A stretch of DNA of 63,719 nucleotides, the filler included, from Octopus bimaculoides (lineage: Eukaryota): NCBI RefSeq assembly GCF_001194135.2. It is 5 parts of 5 records of this genome, joined end to end, with 100 filler letters (N's around TTAATTAATTAA, not from the genome) between each part and the next. Parts side by side here need not be neighbours in the genome. Positions count along the whole stretch, not along the records: positions 32,939 to 62,096 come from NC_069005.1; positions 62,197 to 63,719 come from NC_069000.1; 3 more parts are not named here. One strand, 5' to 3'. The notes beneath the pieces were generated by a model. The model was not told where the DNA came from. It saw nothing but the letters and a program-made list of their open reading frames with translations, and made no database searches. This document shows, in pieces, positions 55,351 through 63,719 of this stretch. Both the position numbers and the translations under genes were made by a program. Within the stretch, counting starts at the first letter, position 1; each line of letters starts with the position of its first letter.

Positions 55351-55407
55351 TACACTGGCTTTCCTTTCCTTTCCTTCCTGCTACTTACTCGGCGGCTTTA
55401 CTTGCAA

Positions 55408-55415
55408 TGACGTCA
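55408..55415. promoter_or_regulatory. perfect CRE palindrome TGACGTCA near the striatin start
   Basis: Exact motif about 80 bp upstream of the ATG, in a locally CpG-containing stretch. Confidence 0.55.
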
Positions 55416-55649
55416 CTCTCTCGCTGTGTATGTGTGTGTGAGAGTAAATGGAGTATTTGTGTGTTGTTTTTGTTATATAGTTCTTTTACTGTAAAAGTGT
55501 ATGTACGTTATAAAGTTGTACGATTGAGCATGTTTCCCTCTCTCTCCCTCTCTCGCTTATACTCTCTACCTTTCTCTCTTCCTGTCTGTGTATGAGTGCG
55601 TTCCTATGTTAATTCATGTGTGCGCGTTTTCGTTGTTACAGAGGTTGTG

Positions 55650-55860
55650 CCGTGACTGTGGTTGTCTCCCCCTTTCTACCAGTGTGTGTTTAAGTATGTT
55701 AGTGTGCATGTATTTCCGTCGTTATATATAACGATGTGTACTTATGACTGTAGTTGTCTCCCCCTCTCTGTCTGTGTACACATGTATTACGTGTATTACT
55801 GTGTGTCTCGATGTGATTGTGTGTGCCTGTAACTGTGTAGTTGTCTCCCCCTTTCTACTC
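55650..55860. repeat. three spaced copies of ACTG(T)G/TAGTTGTCTCCCCC(T)TCT, about 90 bp apart
   Basis: Copies lie at about 55653, 55746 and 55832, upstream of striatin. Confidence 0.7.
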
Positions 55861-56484
55861 TCTCTCTTTCACGTGAATGTATGTATGTGTGTCTGATCGT
55901 GTTTGTTTATATAGGATATGTGACTGTGACCATGGTTTTCTCTCTCTATCTTTTTCTCTGTGTGTCTGCTGTGCGTATGTTTATTTCGCCCTCTCTCACT
56001 CATGCATATGTGTTTGTGTGTTGTGTGTGTGTGTGCGTACGCGCTTACGTTTAGTTGCTTAGCCCCAGGTCTACTCTGATTGAGTAAATCTATGATCAGA
56101 AACGTTCCAGCACAACCATTCCGTCTTTTTGTGTTTCAGGAAATTGCATTTTTCAACGTATCCTTTTCTTTATAAGACGACGGGGTGTATATATATATTT
56201 AAGGGAGATTTGGCTACTATTTCTAGAAAATCGACCTATCACATAGAGGCTCCCTCGTTATATCGATGTATTTGTCACCCTCCCTCTTAATTAGTCTGTC
56301 TCTATCGTCGAGTTATATGTGTTAACTCCCTCTCTTTCAATTTTCTCTCTCTCTTTCTCACTCTCTCTGTATATTTGTTTGTCTTTACCTTTTCCTTTTA
56401 CATCAATTTCCCTTCGTGCTTTGTTGTATTTTATGATCGTCTATTTGTATTTATATTTCTTGAGCTTTTCACCATCTCATTCTT

Positions 56485-56531
<47 letters not shown>

Positions 56532-59453
56532 TTCTCTTCCTGTATGTATATGTATTTCTGTGAGCGTGTGTACATTTCTATATCTACTTGTAGCTGTAAA
56601 TATATGTATGGGCTTACTTTGTCGGTGCATTAGTGTATAACTAGACAAATAGGTGTGTACGAATATCTAAATCTATCGTGCGGCTGCTTCATATGTATGT
56701 ATGTGATTTAAAACTATATGATTTTGTGAGTGTGTGCGAATGCGAATCAAACTCTTGTGTTGTAGTAAACAAAAATTGCGCCATAGATGGTGTGACAGTA
56801 AATGAGAAGCTACAAAAGAGAATGTATATGAAGATAACAAGCTGGCTACTACGTTCTTACAAATTGTGACTGTAAACGTTAATATGGAAGTGTCGGTGTG
56901 ATTTAAGATCGTGTGTTTTTGTGAGTCAATAATTAAATAGCGTGTGTATGAATCTGCATACACAGAAATTCTAGATGTGGTCACTCCATTTGCTTGAAAT
57001 AGTAATCAATCTACCTCAAATAATAATAATTAGAGAAAGCACACCTCCATAAAAAAAAGACAGGCTAGCCTTTGATCATAAGTATTCAATCAGGGCTCAC
57101 TTGGAGCTTAACGTGTGTGTGTGTGTGTGTGCGTTACGACTCAGCAAGACAACAGTTATGCAGTCGCATAGTCTGCTAGAAATAGTAGCCAAATTTTCTT
57201 GAAATTAAACCTACCATATTAAAAAAAAAAGGACACATTGGTTAATCTAGCGATAGGAACCCCGAATAATACAGAATGAACACGGCTGGAATGCTTTAAT
57301 TACGACTGACCTGTGGCTAAACAACATTAATAGCAACAGTGAGAAAGAATAATGATTGTATATATGTGAATGAATGAGTAAATGTCAATGTGTGTGAGCT
57401 TGTGTCAATTTCCATAAACTATGTGTATGTATTTACGTGTGCAAATCGAGGTCTAACCATTACTGTAATATAAGTGAATGTATTCATATACTTATGTATA
57501 CGAGTGTTTCTCCGTGAGTGTGTGTATTTATAAGAGTATACCTCTTATGTGTTGTGTGAATGTATTATAGTAGACCTATATGCTTGTGTGAATTTGTGTT
57601 AATATTGTAGCTATGTAAGAGTGTGTTCAGTCGTAACTGGATGTCATTGTGACTCAGTGAATAACAAATTCGTATATGTCTCTCTGTGTGTATAAAATTG
57701 TGAATTAGACTATGAAAATGTGTTTGTGTGCAACAGTTTGAGCTCGTACGAATAATCTACACGTTTATCTCTCTTTCTCTCTCTTTCATTCTCCCAGTAG
57801 ACACATACACATGTATGTGTGAGTATATATTTATATATATATATATGTATCAGAATATATATCTGTAACTATATACCGTACACACAAGTGCCTATATATG
57901 CTTGTGTTTGTGTAATTTGGATATGCATAGTTATGTCTGCACGTGTAGGTGGATTTATAACTTGTATGCATATGCTTATTCACGAAGGTCTGTGTTTGTA
58001 TGAATATGCCTCTGTGTATGTATCTGTATGTATACACACATAGACACACAGACGTACGAACATGCGTAGATAGATAAATAGGTAGGTAGGTAGGTAGGTG
58101 GATAGATGGATTCACAGATAAATAAACATTTGAAGTAAGAAAAAAATGTATAATCTACATATCCATGTGGATGTATTTTAGCGCAAGTGCAGGGTAGGTG
58201 CATATCTTCCCCCGCCTTTATATCTTCTATAAACATCCCCCATAATCCTTGCCCTCCCGTCCCGTACACACACACACATAAATGTATTATAAATACATAA
58301 GCGCGCACGCACACACACACACACCTATCTACACGCCCGTTGCCTTGACACGATGTGTGCTCATTTTTCTCCGACTTTCTTCCTCTTTGAATGTATCAGA
58401 TACTCTACGTGTATAAATAGATGGATGAGATCTTTGCGTGTGTGTGGTGTGTGTGCGCGCGCGTGTATGTGTGTGTGTGAGTGTGTGTACCTGTCTGGTT
58501 ATCATCACACGACTGCTCACCTAAGTGAGTTGTATTTTTCTTAATCCAATCTCCACAGAAACGCTAGAAAGGTTGAGTTGCATTACCAGGAAATCGGACG
58601 CAAACAGACATACTAACACAAATATATATATATACATATATATATTATGTATAAAGATAGATAGGTATCCAAACACATGTATACATATGTATTCACACAC
58701 ACACACATATATACTAGTATACCCGTGCCGTGAAAAGATTTTAAGACGGGCTAAATGCATCAAGATAAAAATACATTCTAAATATTTTATATAAGACTTG
58801 AACATATGAAATAATTACCTTATGGAAACTACTTTGAAGGATTGAATCCAAAGAGAATTAAATATGAGAGCAAGTTTTATATATAAAGTGTTTCATTAAA
58901 TTATTTTATTAAAACAATAAAAACTTTTTTTATTTTAATCGTTGACGATTTTCTCCAACTATTATTTTCTTAAATCAAAGGTAAACTGTGCTACCACAAA
59001 TAACATTAATTTACATTTATATTGGTTTCAAATTTTGGCACAAGGCCAGCAACTTCAGGAAAGAGTTGTAAGTCAATGACATCGTCTCCAGTGCTAAACT
59101 GGTATTAATTTTATCAACCCCAAAAGGATGATAGGCAAAGTTGATCCCAGCAGCATTTCAACTCAAAACATAAAGACAGACGAAATGTCACTAAGCACTT
59201 TGAATGTATAAATATTATTCCTCTCTAAGGCAGCATTTCATCCATCTTTATATTCTGAGTTCAAATTTCGCCAACGTTGACTCTGCCTTTCATCCTTCCT
59301 AGGTCGATAAAGTAAGTACCAGTTGAACACTGGGGTCAATGTAATTGACTTACCCCTACCCCGAAATTGCTGGCGTTGTGCCTAAATTTGAAACCTATAA
59401 TATCCCTCTGCTTAACAGTATTCAATTCTTTTCTCACTGTATTGCCATTCACA

Positions 59454-59840
59454 GTGGAGGCGCAATGGCCCAGTGGTTAGGGCAGCGAACTCGCGGTCAT
59501 AGGATCGCGGTTTGGATTCCCAGACCGGGCATTGTGAGTGATTATTGAGTGAAAACACCTAAAAGCTCCACAAGGCTCTGGCAGGGGATGGTGGCGAACC
59601 CTGCTGTACTCTTTCACCACAACTTTCTCTCACTCTTACTTCCTGTTTCTGTTGTGCCTGTAATTCAAAGGGTCAGCCTTGTCACACTGTGTCACGCTGA
59701 ATATCCCCGAGAACTACGTTAAGGGTACACGTGTCTGTGGAGTGCTCAGCCACTTGCACGTTAATTTCACGAGCAGGCTGTTCCGTTGATCGGATCAACT
59801 GGAACCCTCAACGTCGTAAGCGACAGAGTGCCAATAGTAG
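59454..59840 (+). mobile_element. full-length long tRNA-derived SINE
   Basis: Head GTGGAGGCGCAATGGCCCAGTGG and B-box-like GTTTGGATTCC. 11-bp TSD TGCCATTCACA at 59443-59453 and 59841-59851. Confidence 0.9.
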
Positions 59841-61399
59841 TGCCATTCACACTTATATGAACCTGTATTTGTAAATGTGTGTATGTCTGTGTGTGTGTAT
59901 ACACCTTTTCACTCAGTTTGAGGTTGCTTTTTCCTTCCCTTCTCTAACTTGCTTGCAAGTGGCACAAAAACACACCCAGAACACACTATAAAGTGGTGCC
60001 GTTAGGAAGGGCAACCATCACTTGGTGTCAAGAGATGTGTGCACTCAAGCACACGCATACACATTCACTCACACTTGCACATACTCATTCACACATTTGC
60101 ATGCGTACACACACACACTCACACACAGAGCTATACATATCTTTATGTGTATCAGGCTACATGCACCACACACACACACACAGATGCATGCAGATACATT
60201 ACATTCACAAACACACAAAAACATCGAAATACATAAAAATACATATACATACAGTTTCAGGCATGGCTGTGTGGTTCGAAGTTTGCTTCCCAACCACATG
60301 GCTCCGGGTTCAGTCCCATTGTGTGACGCCTTAGACAAGTGTCTTCTACTATAGCCTCAGGCCGACCAAGGCCTTGCTAATGGATTTGGTAGATGGAAAC
60401 TGAAAAAAACCTGTCATGTGTATGCATATTTTTGTGTTTGTCCCCCAACGCCGCTTGACAACCAATGCTGGTATATTTACGCCCTTGTTAGAATAGATAC
60501 CAAACTTCAAAAGAAAATAAGTACTCGGGTTGATTAGTTCAACCAAAATTCCTCAAGGTGATGCCCCAGCATGGCCACAGTCCAATGACTGAAACAAGTA
60601 AAAGATAACAGATACAATATATTGACATACAATAATTTCAAAAATGTACCTTCTCTCTGCAGAATATATTAAGTGCAGGCTACCATACTTGAGCTGGTGA
60701 GGTGAAAATGATTTTAATAATCACTTGAAACAAGGCGGCAGGCTGGCAGAATCGTTAGCACATCAGGCAAAATGCTTAGTGGCATTTTGTCCGCCCTCGC
60801 TTTCTGAGTTCAAATTCCGCAGATGGTNNNNNNNNNNGTCCGCCCTCGCTTTCTGAGTTCAAATTCCGCAGATGGTCAACTTTACCTTTCATCCTTTTGG
60901 GGTCGATAAAATAAGTACCAGTTGAGCAGTGGGGTCAATGTAATCAACTTTCCCACTTACCCAAAGTTACTGGCCTTATGCCAAAATTTAAAACCAATAA
61001 TTACTTGAAATTATAACCCTAATGAGTAGAAAAGTCATTAGCATTATTGAAAATTTTCTTCTCAGTAGTGGCAAGGGAAAGAACTCCAGAAATTTCAATC
61101 AGCCAAAACTTAAATGGTGTTAGCAAGGGGCAGGGAGTTATCCTTTAAAGTTATTCCTATGGCAGATTCCATAATTAAACAACTAGATTGTGTATTTTTC
61201 AGTCACTTACAATTTCCTTTCTTTACTTTATAGCTAAATGATGAGTTGTTTTATCTTTGACTTTGAGATTCATAAAAGCCTATGCTACTCTAAATAATGG
61301 TTTTGCACTTCTAATAACCCTTTATTCCACCAATTATCATGGCAAGCACGTAAAATTTTAGGATAAATCCTGATGTAATTTTAATAGATGTAATGTTCA

Positions 61400-61610
61400 A
61401 GAGAAAAAGACAGTGCTGGTGCAAACATGAAATGCATATAGATGATGATAGATGGGTAAAGAGTTGAGCCACTAGGAGATCAATGTGGAAGGAAGCATAG
61501 AAGACCAAGGAAAACATGAACAAAAGTGGAACATATGGATCTCAGGATACTAAGCTTCACAAAGAAGACAAAAGAATGACAAGTGCTGTGATACTGTGGT
61601 GGTGCAAGCA
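61400..61610 (+). mobile_element. degenerate RTE-type LINE 3' ORF end
   Basis: Resembles V.G...RGRPRKTW......DL..L.L.KE (GTGGAAGGAAGCATAGAAGACCAAGGAAAACATG..GATCTCAGG..CTAAGCTTCACAAAGAAG). Confidence 0.45.
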
Positions 61611-61795
61611 TTTACAAGGAAGCTGTAAAAATGAAGATGATGAGGATGGTGATGGGTGTAGCCTGTTATCCCCCAGTATATTTGAATATATAACTGTATG
61701 ATATTTACATAGTACTATTGAACACTCTCTGATGATGTATTATATATTGGAAAGATACAGAGATACCACATTGGGTGTGTTATGTGACTTAACTA

Positions 61796-61831
<36 letters not shown>

Positions 61832-61836
<5 letters not shown>

Positions 61837-62096
61837 CAACTGCTACAAAGGTAAAGGTGACGCTTTAGATACAAATAATTACAGAGGCATCAAGCTGTTA
61901 GATCAGGTTATGAAAGTTACAGAGAGGGTCATAGCCCAACTAATTAGGGAGCGAATCAATTTAGATGAGATGCAGTTTGGGTTCGTGCCAGGTAAAAGCA
62001 CTACTGATGCCTTATTTCTAGTGAGACAGTTGCAGGAGAAATACCTAGCTAAGGATAAACCTCTGTACCTGGCTTTCGTTGACATGGAGAAAGCCT
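61832..62096 (+). mobile_element. RTE-clade LINE reverse transcriptase fragment, open frame
   Basis: VVNCYKGKGDALDTNNYRGIKLLDQVMKVTERVIAQLIRERINLDEMQFGFVPGKSTTDALFLVRQLQEKYLAKDKPLYLAFVDMEKA. It starts right after (TA)n and is cut by a synthetic join. Confidence 0.9.
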
Positions 62097-63319
62097 NNNN
62101 NNNNNNNNNNNNNNNNNNNNNNNNNNNNNNNNNNNNNNNNTTAATTAATTAANNNNNNNNNNNNNNNNNNNNNNNNNNNNNNNNNNNNNNNNNNNNCATG
62201 CATGTACGTGTTTACGCACACACACACACACACACTAGAGTTCAAGGGTTTGGGTAAAACGAAATAGGGGAGGATCAGTTAATTATGATTTTATTCAACA
62301 TATTCTCCTCTCAGATACATACACATATTGCAGCTGCCCTTCAGTTTTACTAAGGCCTCTCAAAGAACTTGGAAGTTTGGACCTCCAACCAGGCCTTTCG
62401 CAATACCCTTAAAGCCAGGAACCTTGCTGTACCCCCTCGTGTGTATATATATATATATATTTGCATATATGCAAATACTCATATAGAAGCATTTGGAAAT
62501 GGGGAAATAAATATCTGTTAACTAAATATGTATACAGTCTCATAAAATAGGTAACCGATTGAAATATGCACATGGCTTAATACGAACCTAAATGTCAGAT
62601 TATCATTATTAGAACACCTTGATCTGGTTCCATATGTATATCAAGGGGAAATGAAAACATTAGCAGTAGTAGACGATTACTTGGCCATAGAAGTTCTTAC
62701 TTTGATCAGCCTATACTACAGAACCCCATCGATGAAATAATTGAAAATTGAAATGCATTCATTATAGAATAGCTTCCGTCTGTAAATAGTTCCATTACTG
62801 GAAGTGAAGTTGTAATTAAAACCAATTATTAGGAATAATACAAATAAATGCATGCACCAGTGGGAAATATGAGTTTGTCACAAGATCGCTCAGCGTTTAC
62901 CTCTCTTATAATGTCGCAGTTACAACACTACTGTAGCAAAGCTAATTTGCTTTGCAGAAATATCCTGCATTAATACATTTGATAGTGTGTTGCATCATTT
63001 CCAAGAAAATTAATCATTGTCAGTATGAAATTATTTAAACAACGCTGGAATGTGATAATGAATAGATTTACAAAACGGAAGGAGTCACTAATGAATGTAA
63101 TTACAACCTCGATTACATCTTCGATATCTTCCAATATTTGTAACTGTTGTAAACAGATCGATGGGGATCCTGCCGTCCAGTTTTGCCCAAACATTAAAAT
63201 AAAATTATTCAGTTTATTTTCTATTAATTTGTTAAATTTATTTCAATTCAAGGATATAATGATAGACGATTTTATACGGGTGGCTGCTGGTAGTTGTTTC
63301 GGGAGAGGAATATGTAACA

Positions 63320-63380
63320 CCGATGAGCGGAAATGACAACGCTATATCGGTATCTCTCGCTTTCGTTCACTTCCGGAGCA
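63320..63380. promoter_or_regulatory. candidate housekeeping-type promoter island with two ETS-like motifs
   Basis: GCGGAAATG (about 63327-63335) and CACTTCCGG (63368-63376) lie in a CpG-containing non-repeat island. Confidence 0.35.
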
Positions 63381-63682
63381 ATATTCCTTCCACCATCTTT
63401 GAAGGGATCTAAGTCGAAATACTGCAGCTGTGAAGCATTCAGTGACACATTATGTAATGTTGATAATGTTTACATATACATGTGGACTCACATATGCACA
63501 AACCCACACACACACACGCACATACACACACGTGCACACATACAGACACACACATATATATACAAAATTGAAGAAATATTAAAATAGCAATTTGTATAGC
63601 ATATTTAATGTATAGATGCTGTGTATAAGCTTGTATTACTGCAGTAATCATCCTGAGTAGCATATTCTATCGTTTCCTTCTC

Positions 63683-63719
<37 letters not shown>

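Noticed and set aside
60788-60877. Exact ~40-bp tandem duplication inside a SINE around a 10-N gap
   Set aside because: This is a typical negative-gap assembly overlap.

Overview
This window is AT-rich, microsatellite-dense, gappy eukaryotic (animal) DNA. The 5S sequence and the SINE/LINE families are consistent with a cephalopod, most likely an Octopus draft assembly (inference). Only one protein-coding piece is recognisable: the first coding exon of a striatin-family gene (STRN/STRN3/Cka) on the minus strand at 54965-55330, with a CRE site and an overlapping uORF just upstream. I could not find its exon 2 in the roughly 55 kb downstream, so most of the window is probably intron or intergenic DNA. 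That DNA is filled with tRNA-derived SINEs of several families, decayed RTE-type and R4/Dong-type LINE pieces, hAT-type MITEs, minisatellites and microsatellites. Almost all ORFs in the supplied track are artefacts of microsatellites or N-gaps. Four 100-bp spacers (N44-TTAATTAATTAA-N44) are synthetic assembly joins. The most unusual signal is a full-length 5S rRNA sequence with an A-tail, followed across a gap by a tRNA-SINE. One 10-12 bp target-site duplication brackets the pair, which interrupts a LINE reverse-transcriptase frame. It is a candidate 5S/SINE chimeric retroelement. Other notable items are a SINE nested in the internal microsatellite of its own family, modular SINE mosaics, recurrent SINE dimers, a pile-up of TAA-tailed elements, and a uORF/alternative-donor arrangement at the striatin start. 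There is no CRISPR array, operon or other prokaryotic system. Repeat boundaries are approximate unless a TSD or TIR is quoted.
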